DNA from: an uncultured Pseudomonadota bacterium
GTDB taxonomy: Bacteria; Oederibacteriota; Muellerivitia; Muellerivitales; Muellerivitaceae
Direction: 5' to 3'
Assembly: GCA_963843375.1 (NCBI GenBank)
Contig: CAWJKT010000011.1
Coordinates: 128,001 to 192,000, forward strand
DNA: 64,000 nt
Under the pieces are notes generated by a model. That model was not told the origin of the DNA. It ran no database searches and saw nothing but the letters and a program-made list of their open reading frames with translations. Below are positions 51,907-61,051 of this stretch, piece by piece (the first letter of the stretch is position 1; every line of letters begins with the position of its first letter). The position numbers and the translations under genes were made by a program.

Positions 51907-53009
51907 ACAGAGTTTATAAATTATTGATTCTAGCGGGATTCCTTTACCCGGTTTTTCAACCCTTGAGGGCTTCGGAAACGGAAAATGAAGTCTTCTCGGG
52001 GAAGATTAGCGCCGAGGCGGGTGGTTTCCAGTCCCCCGGAAGCGATCTGGCAACCTACCAATACTCGAATCTATCCTTGGAAAGCGCTCAGGACCTTTTG
52101 CCTGAACTTTCCCTGGGCCTGGAGGGAGAAGCGAATTGGCAGTCGGCGGGATTGCCTATGGCCCCTACTTGGCCTATTTACCCGGCCAACAATGTCTTGA
52201 AACTGGAAACGAACAACTTCTCCTCCTTCGGTGGTGAAGACATTTATTCCCTCCGCATTAACCGGGCTTTCCTTCACCTAGCCACCGGGCGGTTAGATGT
52301 GACGGCGGGTCTCTTTAAACCCGATTGGGGCTACTCCTACTTTTACCGGCCTACGGATTACTTCAATCCCCTTTCGCCCCTGCAATGGCGGCCAGCGGAA
52401 TCCCTGGGGAGTGAGGGGATGGATGCTTCCTGTTTTATGTTCGACGACCTGAGCCTGGAGGGAGCGGTGCGGTTTCTTCAAGGTGGGACGGCCAATGGAG
52501 TTTTAAGGCTCGTGGACAAAGGCATTGGAATAACCGTAACCCCCAGCCTGGCCTGGATGACGGGCCGTGACGGTTTCGGTTTGGAAATGGTTGGAACATT
52601 TCCGACCTTCCAGGTCAGGTTGGAAGGCGAGCATTGGATTTATTCCGATGACCATGCGGCCACTAATTGGAATTTAGGGGTTTCCACCTCCCACGATGGC
52701 GTGAAGTATACGGCCGAGTTTTTAAGAGATGAGACGGGGGAAATCCTCGGGAACTATTCGAAACAAGTCATCCCCACGAGTTATGTTTTTATGACGGCGG
52801 AAGGCAAGTTTTTGGATCAATGGAAGGCCGCGCCGGCCTTCGTGGCCCCCTTGGAAGGAGGCCCGTTCATTTTCTGGCCGAAAGTGAATTGGGATTTTGA
52901 GTCTTCCTGGGAACTGGGTTTCCAGGCCCAATGGCTTATTGGAGCTTGGGAAGGCCCACTAGACCTGTACCCCGGCCGAACCGGGGTTTCCCTGGCTTAT
53001 ACGCTTTGA
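51903..53009 (+). CDS. Hypothetical outer-membrane beta-barrel protein
   Basis: TTG start overlapping the cobB stop; signal peptide; INRAFL....G..D.TAG....WG....Y.P.D.FNP motif; terminal strand GVSLAYTL. Confidence 0.7.
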   Translation: MNRVYKLLILAGFLYPVFQPLRASETENEVFSGKISAEAGGFQSPGSDLATYQYSNLSLESAQDLLPELSLGLEGEANWQSAGLPMAPTWPIYPANNVLKLETNNFSSFGGEDIYSLRINRAFLHLATGRLDVTAGLFKPDWGYSYFYRPTDYFNPLSPLQWRPAESLGSEGMDASCFMFDDLSLEGAVRFLQGGTANGVLRLVDKGIGITVTPSLAWMTGRDGFGLEMVGTFPTFQVRLEGEHWIYSDDHAATNWNLGVSTSHDGVKYTAEFLRDETGEILGNYSKQVIPTSYVFMTAEGKFLDQWKAAPAFVAPLEGGPFIFWPKVNWDFESSWELGFQAQWLIGAWEGPLDLYPGRTGVSLAYTL

Positions 53010-53079
53010 AAAAAAACCAGGTCTCGAATTTTTCCAAACCCACCGCTAGGGGAATCCAAAACCGGTCGCCAAACTTTTT

Positions 53080-54528
53080 CTACTCCAGTTCTTCCGGAAC
53101 GGCTTTATGGGCAGCGGTAGTTTTTCTCAAGGGCAGTTCTTTCATGTAAAAGGAAAGCACCAGTGTCAAAACCAGGATCAAAGGGATGAGTCCAAAAATA
53201 TCTGCCAGGGCTGAGGCAATCCCGGCGCTTTGGCTTCGGGCGGTCAGGATGCTGCCGAAAACCGCCATTCCAAGGGAAGACCCGATGGCCCTCATGAAAT
53301 TGACCATGGAGGTGGCCGATCCTAAAAGACCCATGTGGACGGCGTTCTGCGTGGCCAGATTGTAGACCGGCATGCAAAGGGCCAGCCCCGCACCGATGAA
53401 GACGATGGCCGCGATCAACGCCGGATGGGTGGTCGAGGGGCCCAGCCGGGCCAAAAGAATCCCTCCAATGAGCGCAATAGCGGGTCCCAGGATGGCGAAT
53501 CTACGGTACCGCCCGGTGCGGGTGATCAAATGGCCCGTGACCGCCACCATGGCCATAAAGGTTATTGTGAAAGGCAAAAGGATGGCGCCACTGGTTTTGG
53601 CATTGGCGCCCAAGACCTGCTGAACGAAAAGGGGAAGGAAAAAGGTGACGCCGAACATCGATGCCGAAACCATGGCTGCCGACAGCAGTGAAATCGAAAC
53701 GATGGAATTCTTAAACAATTCCAGGGGCAAAATGGGGTGGGTGGCTTTGTTCTCAATCCATAGGAAGACGAGCCCGAAAAACAGGCCCACGGCTCCCAGG
53801 CCTAGCACCTTGGGGGAAAACCAGGGATGGTCTTTATCAATTCCGTTGAGCGCCATCAATAGCGGCACCACCGACGCCACTAGGGCCGCTACCCCGGCGT
53901 AATCCAGGCGAAAATCTCCCGGCTTGGTGTGCCGAATGTGGGGGGCAAAACGGGCCAACAAAGCGCAGCCTAAAATGCCGATCGGCAGGTTGACGTAAAA
54001 AACATAGCGCCATCCCGGCCCATCGGTTAAAAAGCCTCCCAACAGGGGGCCCATCACGCTCGACACCGCGGAAATGGGAACCAGTATCCCGATCACCCGG
54101 CCTCGCTGGGCGGGCGGAAAAAGGTCCGCGATGGTCGTAGATGCCGCGCAGGTCATGGTGCCGGCCCCCAGACCCTGCAGGGCCCGGCAGGCGATCAGTT
54201 CCGGCATGGTTTGGGCCAGGCCGCAAAGTACGCTGGCCATGGTGAACCATAGGATTCCGCCGAGCAGGAAATATTTCCGGCCGTGGATATCGCTGAGTTT
54301 TCCCATGATGGGCATGACCGCCGTTGAGGCGATCATATAGGCCGTTACCACCCCGGAGTAGCTTTCAAACCCTCCCAGGTCCCGCACGATTCGGGGCATG
54401 GCGGTGGCCACAATGGTCTGGTCCAACGAGGCCATGAACAGTGCCAGCCCCACGCCCGACATGGTGATCCACACATCCCGCCGGGACGGTTCAGCGTGTA
54501 CCAGCCTCTCGAATTTTTCTTGGCTCAT
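53080..54528 (-). CDS. MDR/DHA2-family MFS transporter
   Basis: ASLDQTIVATAMP, GKLSDI.GRK, RALQGLG.G, GPLLGG.LTD..GWR.VFYVNLP.G; start 54528 or 54579. Confidence 0.92.
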   Translation of the reverse strand: MSQEKFERLVHAEPSRRDVWITMSGVGLALFMASLDQTIVATAMPRIVRDLGGFESYSGVVTAYMIASTAVMPIMGKLSDIHGRKYFLLGGILWFTMASVLCGLAQTMPELIACRALQGLGAGTMTCAASTTIADLFPPAQRGRVIGILVPISAVSSVMGPLLGGFLTDGPGWRYVFYVNLPIGILGCALLARFAPHIRHTKPGDFRLDYAGVAALVASVVPLLMALNGIDKDHPWFSPKVLGLGAVGLFFGLVFLWIENKATHPILPLELFKNSIVSISLLSAAMVSASMFGVTFFLPLFVQQVLGANAKTSGAILLPFTITFMAMVAVTGHLITRTGRYRRFAILGPAIALIGGILLARLGPSTTHPALIAAIVFIGAGLALCMPVYNLATQNAVHMGLLGSATSMVNFMRAIGSSLGMAVFGSILTARSQSAGIASALADIFGLIPLILVLTLVLSFYMKELPLRKTTAAHKAVPEELE

Positions 54529-54832
54529 TCTTAACCCACCTCGACTTTGAATTGTAGGCGAAACGGTGGGCAATTTCATGAAAGGATTACGATTTTCGGA
54601 AGAGAGTAATCTGGAAAAGGTTTGTGGGGAAATTTGAAAACAGACTAATCTCTTAAATGTTTCCTTCTCCACTCTGCGGTGCGGGAAGCCTGGTCCCTTG
54701 ATTCAGAAGTGATACCGGGAGAAGAAATTCGGCAAGTATTGAATCGCCTATTTCCATCCACTAATAGTCTTCATTTGCTTGGCTATACCCTGATGTGAAC
54801 TTATATTACTCAAAACTCAAGGGAGTCCACCC

Positions 54833-56377
54833 ATGTCCTTTCGAAATCATCTTTCGGTTTTCCGGCTCGGTTTCACGGCGTTTTTAATCGCACTAGTTCC
54901 CATGAACCTTCCCGCCCAGACGGCCACCCTAACTCCAATTGCGGATGCCTCTGATTTGGAGAATATCAGCTCGCCGGAGGTGGTTCGTCGCATGGGGCTC
55001 GGATGGAACCTGGGCAACACGATGGATTGCGCCGGGGACTGGATCAAGGGGCCGGAGGTCCGTAGTTTCGAGACCGCCTGGGGCAATCCGGAGACCACTC
55101 GAGGGATGATTGACGCGATCCAGCAAGCCGGGTTCAAATCCGTCCGGATTCCTGTCGCCTGGTCGAACCTGATGGGGGACAATTACACCCTCGATCCCGA
55201 ATTATTGGCGCGGGTCAAAGAGATCGTCGATTGGGTACTAGCCGACGGTATGATCGCGGTGGTCAACATTCACTGGGACGGCGGCTGGTGGTCCAAATTC
55301 CCAACGCATTATGACGAATCCATGAAGCGCTATACCCGGATGTGGTCGCAGATCGCGGGCTATTTCAAGAATGAGCCCGGCTCGCTGATCTTCGAGTCCC
55401 TGAATGAGGAGGGCTGTTTCAACGACGTCTGGAACCACTATGGGCCCGCCAATCCGGTCCAGAAACAAAAAGCCTTTGGGATTCTGAACAACATTAACCA
55501 GGCCTTCGTCGACCTGGTGCGGAAATCCGGGGGCCTGAACGCCAAACGCCACCTCCTGATTGCCGGATATGCGACGGATATTGATCTCACCTGCGACTCG
55601 GATTTTCTCATGCCGAAGGATCCGCAGAACCATTTAATCCTTTCCGTCCACTATTACACCCCCTACACCTTCGCCGGGCTGGAACATGACGAGTCCTGGG
55701 GCAAGGCCCGGCCGACCTGGGGTACGAAAGAGGACTATGCCGAACTGGCCACGAAAATGGGGATGCTGAAGCCCCGTTTTCTCGACCAGGGCATTCCGAT
55801 TATCGTGGGCGAATACGGCGCGACCCTGAAGGCCAAGGAACCCGAGAGCGTTCGCCGTTACATTTTGTCGGTTGCGGAGAAGATCTACCAAATGGGGATG
55901 TGTCCGATGTTGTGGGACCCGGGTTCGCATTTTGACCGGAAGACCCTGCAATTCAACGATCCCGAACTTTTGGCGGGGTTTCAGAAGATCGGCAGGGGCA
56001 AAAGTATCCCGGAGGCGGAATTGGATATAGCCCCAGCAGGCCCCGCCCCCTGTTTCTATTCCATTCCGGAGGATGTCCTTCAAGAAGCGAAAAAAAACGC
56101 CTCTTCCCGGGACGGGGGCGATTATGAAACAGCTTTTTTCTCCTGGGCCAGGGGAGACCTGGATGGGTTCCGGCGGCTTTGCACCATTGATACCCCGCAA
56201 AAAGAGGATTTCTTGATCGTTTTGAAAATCGAGCGAACGGGGTGGGTTTCCGGGGTTTACACCAGTCTGAACGACCCCATCGCGGCTTGTCTGGCGAGAA
56301 AATTGGCGACGGATAAATGTCCCCCGCCGCCTTTCGCTCCTTACGACGAACTCATTGACATGAGAATGAACCGGTAA
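54833..56377 (+). CDS. Secreted glycoside hydrolase family 5 (GH5_4-like endoglucanase/xyloglucanase) with extra C-terminal domain
   Basis: MGLGWNLGNT, ETAWGNP, GFKSVRIPV.W, NIHWD, FESLNE (acid/base Glu), HYY.P, GEYG (nucleophile Glu), WD. Confidence 0.92.
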   Translation: MSFRNHLSVFRLGFTAFLIALVPMNLPAQTATLTPIADASDLENISSPEVVRRMGLGWNLGNTMDCAGDWIKGPEVRSFETAWGNPETTRGMIDAIQQAGFKSVRIPVAWSNLMGDNYTLDPELLARVKEIVDWVLADGMIAVVNIHWDGGWWSKFPTHYDESMKRYTRMWSQIAGYFKNEPGSLIFESLNEEGCFNDVWNHYGPANPVQKQKAFGILNNINQAFVDLVRKSGGLNAKRHLLIAGYATDIDLTCDSDFLMPKDPQNHLILSVHYYTPYTFAGLEHDESWGKARPTWGTKEDYAELATKMGMLKPRFLDQGIPIIVGEYGATLKAKEPESVRRYILSVAEKIYQMGMCPMLWDPGSHFDRKTLQFNDPELLAGFQKIGRGKSIPEAELDIAPAGPAPCFYSIPEDVLQEAKKNASSRDGGDYETAFFSWARGDLDGFRRLCTIDTPQKEDFLIVLKIERTGWVSGVYTSLNDPIAACLARKLATDKCPPPPFAPYDELIDMRMNR

Positions 56378-56531
56378 GATTTGAAAAGAACGGACAAAAT
56401 CATTGGCTGGTAATAATTAAAGTTATTTTGACTTTTTTCAAATTTTTTCCCTCCGGTTAAAGGCTCCAATTCTACCCAAGCGATAATTCGAATGTATAAT
56501 GCTGACACTTTGGATATTTGAAAGGTTTGTT

Positions 56532-57116
56532 ATGAAAAACCCCGTTCAGCGTCCCGAAAAATTTCCCGAAAACCTGATTCTGATCGGCATGTTCGGAAGC
56601 GGGAAGAGTACCATTGGAAAAATTTTGGCGGCCAAGCTTCGCTACCATTTCGTGGACGTGGACCATTTGATCGAAGCTAAGTTTAAAAAGCCCCTTCAAA
56701 AGATTTTAGATGAATTGGGAATGAAAAAATTCATGAAGATGGAGGATGAAACCCTTCAAGCGCTTCGGAACTGGCATTGCGTAATCTCGCCCGGGGGGAG
56801 CGCGGTTTATTACCCCAAGGGTATGAAACACTTGAAAAGTTTGGGACCTCGGATTTACCTCGAAGTTTCGCTGCCCACATTGTTGAAGCGTATCCCAGAT
56901 TGGTCCAATCGGGGTGTGGTTTGCCGGGGTGGCAACAGTTTGCCGGCTCTTTATCAAGAAAGAACTCCGCTTTTCCATAAATACACCGACCTTACAATCA
57001 AAACCCAAGGGAAATCTCCCGACAAAGTCGCCCAGGAGATACTCGTGGGGCTGGGCCGACCTGGGAAATCGGTTGGGCTGAAGCGAAAGATAAAAAAAGC
57101 TTCCAAGCCCGGCTGA
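56532..57116 (+). CDS. Shikimate-kinase-like P-loop kinase (substrate uncertain)
   Basis: LIGMFGSGKSTIG..LA, D.D..IE, GGSAVY, ER.PL; lacks the usual FR..E and RPL motifs. Confidence 0.8.
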   Translation: MKNPVQRPEKFPENLILIGMFGSGKSTIGKILAAKLRYHFVDVDHLIEAKFKKPLQKILDELGMKKFMKMEDETLQALRNWHCVISPGGSAVYYPKGMKHLKSLGPRIYLEVSLPTLLKRIPDWSNRGVVCRGGNSLPALYQERTPLFHKYTDLTIKTQGKSPDKVAQEILVGLGRPGKSVGLKRKIKKASKPG

Positions 57117-57153
57117 TTTATAATGAACTCCACCATTTATTAGGGAGTAGTTC

Positions 57154-58140
57154 ATGAAAACCGCGGTCATTGGTTCGGGGAATATGGGAACGGCCTTAGC
57201 CTGCCTTCTCGCCGACAACGGACACACTGTGACCTGTTGGGACCATATGCCCGAGGTCGTGGAAGATATCCGTAAAAACCATCAAAACTCGCGATATCTT
57301 CCTGACATCCTCCTTCCTTCCGGCGTGACAGCGGACCATCTTTTAAACCATGTGGTTCGGGAAGCCCAGATGATCTTGATTGCCACCCCCTCGCTTTTTT
57401 TTCGGCAGGTGGTGAAGGAATTTTCCCCTTTTTCCATGCCCCAAGCGGTCGTGCTAGGAACCTCCAAGGGGCTCGAGATCTCTTCCCAAAAAAGAATGAG
57501 CCAAGTTTATGCCGAGGCCGCGATGCATACCCCCGATCATTACGTGGCTGTTTCGGGGCCATCCATTGCCAATGAGTTTGCCCGAAAAAGAGCCACGGCC
57601 GTGGTCATCGCCGGAACCAACCACTTCTGTCTGCAGAAAGCCGCGGGGGCCCTGGCCAATCCTTATTTCCGGGTGGAAACCTCCGGTGACTTGCCGGGAG
57701 TAGAGTTGGGAGGGGTTCTCAAGAATATTTACGCCCTGGGTTTTGGCCTTTTGGATGGCTTGAATCATGGAAGCCCGAATCTCAAGTCGGCTTTTCTCAT
57801 CATGGCCCTCAAAGAAATGAAGGAAATCGCCGTGACGATGGGCGCCCAGGAAAAGACATTGGACGGCCTAGCGGGTCTGGGGGACCTGGTAACGACGGGT
57901 TTTTCTTCGGATTCCCATAACCGTAAGCTGGGAGAATATCTGGCCTCCGGGATAGAATATGAAAAAGCCATCGAAAAATTGGGTGGTGTGGTTCCGGAAG
58001 GCGTGCGGACTTTGGAAATGCTTTTGGAAAAGACCGGATCGGCAGTGGAAACCCCGTTGGCGCATTTGATCCAAACTTGTTTAAACCAGCCGGCAGCCCG
58101 AAGCAAGTTCGTGGATGAGGTTTGGAAGATCGTATCTTGA
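57154..58140 (+). CDS. gpsA: NAD(P)H-dependent glycerol-3-phosphate dehydrogenase
   Basis: GSG.MGTALA, N.RYLP, SKGLE, SGPS.A.E, GVELGG.LKN, GL.GLGDL.TT...SHN, EG. Confidence 0.92.
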   Translation: MKTAVIGSGNMGTALACLLADNGHTVTCWDHMPEVVEDIRKNHQNSRYLPDILLPSGVTADHLLNHVVREAQMILIATPSLFFRQVVKEFSPFSMPQAVVLGTSKGLEISSQKRMSQVYAEAAMHTPDHYVAVSGPSIANEFARKRATAVVIAGTNHFCLQKAAGALANPYFRVETSGDLPGVELGGVLKNIYALGFGLLDGLNHGSPNLKSAFLIMALKEMKEIAVTMGAQEKTLDGLAGLGDLVTTGFSSDSHNRKLGEYLASGIEYEKAIEKLGGVVPEGVRTLEMLLEKTGSAVETPLAHLIQTCLNQPAARSKFVDEVWKIVS

Positions 58141-58254
58141 AGGCAATCTTTTTAACGTTGAATTTTGAAAATTAGAATTTTTTAACCGAAGACTAAAAGT
58201 TTTCATTCGGTCAAAACTAAGAATAAAAATATATAATTTCGAAGGGTTGAAGCC

Positions 58255-58695
58255 TTGACGCTTGAGTTTGTTTCCCATTATCCCGAATGGCACCATGTAC
58301 TCTTTAAAGTAAAAGACGCGGATCAATCCATCCGTTTCTATAATGAGTACTTGGGAATGGACGCTGTTTTGGACCAGAAAGATGGAGATGGAAAAAGATG
58401 GGTCTGGATGAGGTTTAGCGAAAATCCATACGCCCCACTATTTGTCTTCGTGGAAGATACCCAGCTTAAAACCACGGTGGGCGCGGCCAATAGTTTGCAA
58501 CATTTTTCATTCCGCTTAACCGACATGAAGCCCGTGGAAGAGATCAGCACGAAGGCCAAGGCCGGCAACTGCCTGAAGGAACCGGCCAATTATGGCGGGC
58601 ACTTGAAAGGTTACTTTTGCCTGGTTTCGGACCCCGACGGGAATCTTTTGGAGTTTTCTTACAAGATTTCCCCCGCGTCGGGGAACCCTAGTTAG
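58255..58695 (+). CDS. VOC (glyoxalase-like) family protein
   Basis: HV...V.D.D.SI.FY...LG, HFSF, DPDGN.LEF. Confidence 0.88.
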   Translation: MTLEFVSHYPEWHHVLFKVKDADQSIRFYNEYLGMDAVLDQKDGDGKRWVWMRFSENPYAPLFVFVEDTQLKTTVGAANSLQHFSFRLTDMKPVEEISTKAKAGNCLKEPANYGGHLKGYFCLVSDPDGNLLEFSYKISPASGNPS

Positions 58696-58714
58696 AATTA
58701 AGAGAGGAGTTTTT

Positions 58715-60301
58715 TTGAGGTTCTCTTTCCCCAACACCTTCCGAAAAAACGCTTGGGTGTTTTCCCCTTCCGAACTGATGACCTCATTGCTTATCCTCGT
58801 GTTTTTGTTTTTGGCAATGGGAGCCTGCTTCGTCGAAAGGCTCGGGTCTGAAGCTGCTTTTCAACAGGCCCTCTTTTCCACCATCCTTTGGGGTGGATGG
58901 ATGTATTTCGTGGCCATCCGAAGGCCTCCGCCTTTTGATCTTTGGGGACTAATCCGGGGGTTGGCCCCCTGGTTTGGTTTAGTTCTCTGTTACAGTCTCA
59001 TGAAACCCCTGGTGCCGGTACTCCATCCGCAACTTTTTGACGCCGATCTTCATGGAGTGGACTTAAGACTCATGGGGCGGGGCCCTTCCCTTTGGCAGCA
59101 GGTCCTCCTGGGGCGGCCCCACCTGACTGATTTTTTTTCCGTTTGCTATTTGGGTTTGTTCGCCTGGCTTCTAGGACTTTTGGTTTTTCACAGTTATTTG
59201 CGGCGGGCCCTTTATCAACGGTTCATGCTCGGACTCATCCTGGTTTATATCGGCGGTTTTATGGGGTACCTGATTTACCCCGCTGTCGGCCCCCGTTTCG
59301 CCTATCCCCAGGAATGGACATGGCTCCAAGGGGGGGCGATCTTCAAGGGAGCTGAATTTTTAATTGTCAGCCTCGGAGCCCGGTTTGATGTTTTTCCCAG
59401 TCTTCATGGGGCCATATCGGCTTACCTTCTTTTCTGGCAAATGGCCCATGACCGCAGGTCGCTCATTTGGGGGGTGCCTCTCACGGTGGGCATTTGGCTT
59501 TCCACCCTTTTTCTAGGATTCCATTATCTTCCGGACTTGGTTAGCGGGGGACTGTTGGCCGCCGTCAGTGCGTGGATGGCTCCCCAAGTGGAGATTTTGG
59601 TAGGAGCATTCCGTCGAACCTTACATCCGCCAAGGGTCTGGCTGTTAAACCTAACCGAGGGCCATGGCGACAGTTACGGCAAATTGGCGGGTCGTTTAAG
59701 CGACCTTTTACCCTTGGGAGGGCAGACTTCCCCGGGATTTATCACCGGGGGTGTTCCCCGTAACCGGGGTGAAGAAGGGGTCCGGCAAGCCTTGAAGGAC
59801 TTGGGTGAGGGGCCCTTTTGGCTGAGACCTTCGGACGCCTCGGGTTCCAAAAAAAACACCCTTCAGGCCTTAAAACCTCTTTCCACCGAACAGATTATCC
59901 GCGCGGTTTTTAATCCCGTGGTCAAACGCCATTTCATCGTTCAAAAAGCCCTGAAAGTCTCGGCGGTTGGTCTTTGCCGATCCTTTCCCCCAAAGGGATT
60001 TAAACTGACGGATGTTGAAATTCGTGTGACCTCTTTGCCTGCCGGAGACGTCTTAATTTTGAGGCTGACCCCGCAACGAAACCTGTTTAAGGGTTTCATC
60101 GACACGCCTTGGAATTACTTCCCGTCCTCATTTCCCTTAAGAGGATTCGAGCTTTTTGACATGGTCAAGCTGACCCGTAAACTAGCGGCCCGTTGGCAGC
60201 AGTTTACGGAGGTGGAATGGATTTTGTCCGAAGGAAAGGTTTATGTGTTGGATGGCCGCCCGGTGCGTAGAGAAAACCCGGGAGGGGATTCCCCTGGTTA
60301 A
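58715..60301 (+). CDS. PAP2-superfamily (Aur1/IPC-synthase-like) membrane phosphotransferase fused to a degenerate PEP/pyruvate-binding ATP-grasp-like domain
   Basis: YPAVGPR, FPSLH and GFHYLPD catalytic motifs; tail YGKLAGRL...G..SPGFIT and EVEWILSEGKVYVLDGRPV. Confidence 0.8.
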   Translation: MRFSFPNTFRKNAWVFSPSELMTSLLILVFLFLAMGACFVERLGSEAAFQQALFSTILWGGWMYFVAIRRPPPFDLWGLIRGLAPWFGLVLCYSLMKPLVPVLHPQLFDADLHGVDLRLMGRGPSLWQQVLLGRPHLTDFFSVCYLGLFAWLLGLLVFHSYLRRALYQRFMLGLILVYIGGFMGYLIYPAVGPRFAYPQEWTWLQGGAIFKGAEFLIVSLGARFDVFPSLHGAISAYLLFWQMAHDRRSLIWGVPLTVGIWLSTLFLGFHYLPDLVSGGLLAAVSAWMAPQVEILVGAFRRTLHPPRVWLLNLTEGHGDSYGKLAGRLSDLLPLGGQTSPGFITGGVPRNRGEEGVRQALKDLGEGPFWLRPSDASGSKKNTLQALKPLSTEQIIRAVFNPVVKRHFIVQKALKVSAVGLCRSFPPKGFKLTDVEIRVTSLPAGDVLILRLTPQRNLFKGFIDTPWNYFPSSFPLRGFELFDMVKLTRKLAARWQQFTEVEWILSEGKVYVLDGRPVRRENPGGDSPG

Positions 60302-60323
60302 AGACAAAAGAGGGGCCTTTGGA

Positions 60324-61016
60324 ATGAATTTCAAGCAGGATTGGAAGATGAAAGAAAAAAAGAAACTTATCAATCCCAGGTGGAAATCCATTCTTGTTTT
60401 TGGCTTGTTTCTGCTCGCGGTCTTGTGGCAGGCGGGCTGCGTGGACATCAGCGACACAAAGGTACAGGTGGAGCCGCCGGGTAAAGTGGATCAATATAAC
60501 CGCAGCATCGTCGACCAATGTACGCCCCATGTTATGCCGCATCACTTGATCCAGGCCTCCATCAGCGCCGCTGTTCCCAATCTTCAACCGGGTTCCGGAA
60601 CTGTCCTCACCGATCAAACCAATTTCGACATCCTTTGGACTGACCTCACGGTTCAGCTGGACCAAAACCAGGTCATGACCCAGAATTTAAAACCCGTCAT
60701 TGATTGGACCCAGCAAGCCGTCTATGTCTACTATGTTTTAGTGGATTCTTCCTGCGAGAAGGTCAAACCCTATGGGGATGGAATGATCACCGATTGTTAC
60801 AACGTGACCGCGCAAATTTACAAATGGACGGAAGGAGAGGATTGTGGAAGTACCATTACCAGCTACCCGGTTTTGGTCTATATTTTCCCCAATGTCGACC
60901 TGCCGGTAGGCGTCCAATGGTTTGGCCCCACGGCGACATTCACCCCGACTTCCACCCCCACCTCGACCCCTTCTTCCACTCAGACGCCAACTCCTACAAG
61001 CGAAAACGACGAGTGA
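60324..61016 (+). CDS. Hypothetical lipoprotein with C-terminal Thr/Pro tail
   Basis: Basic N-region, hydrophobic core, QAGC lipobox; PTATFTPTSTPTSTP tail; start 60324 or 60348. Confidence 0.7.
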   Translation: MNFKQDWKMKEKKKLINPRWKSILVFGLFLLAVLWQAGCVDISDTKVQVEPPGKVDQYNRSIVDQCTPHVMPHHLIQASISAAVPNLQPGSGTVLTDQTNFDILWTDLTVQLDQNQVMTQNLKPVIDWTQQAVYVYYVLVDSSCEKVKPYGDGMITDCYNVTAQIYKWTEGEDCGSTITSYPVLVYIFPNVDLPVGVQWFGPTATFTPTSTPTSTPSSTQTPTPTSENDE

Positions 61017-61051
61017 GAAGGCCGCCGGCTCTCGGCCGCCCCCGGGGCCAA

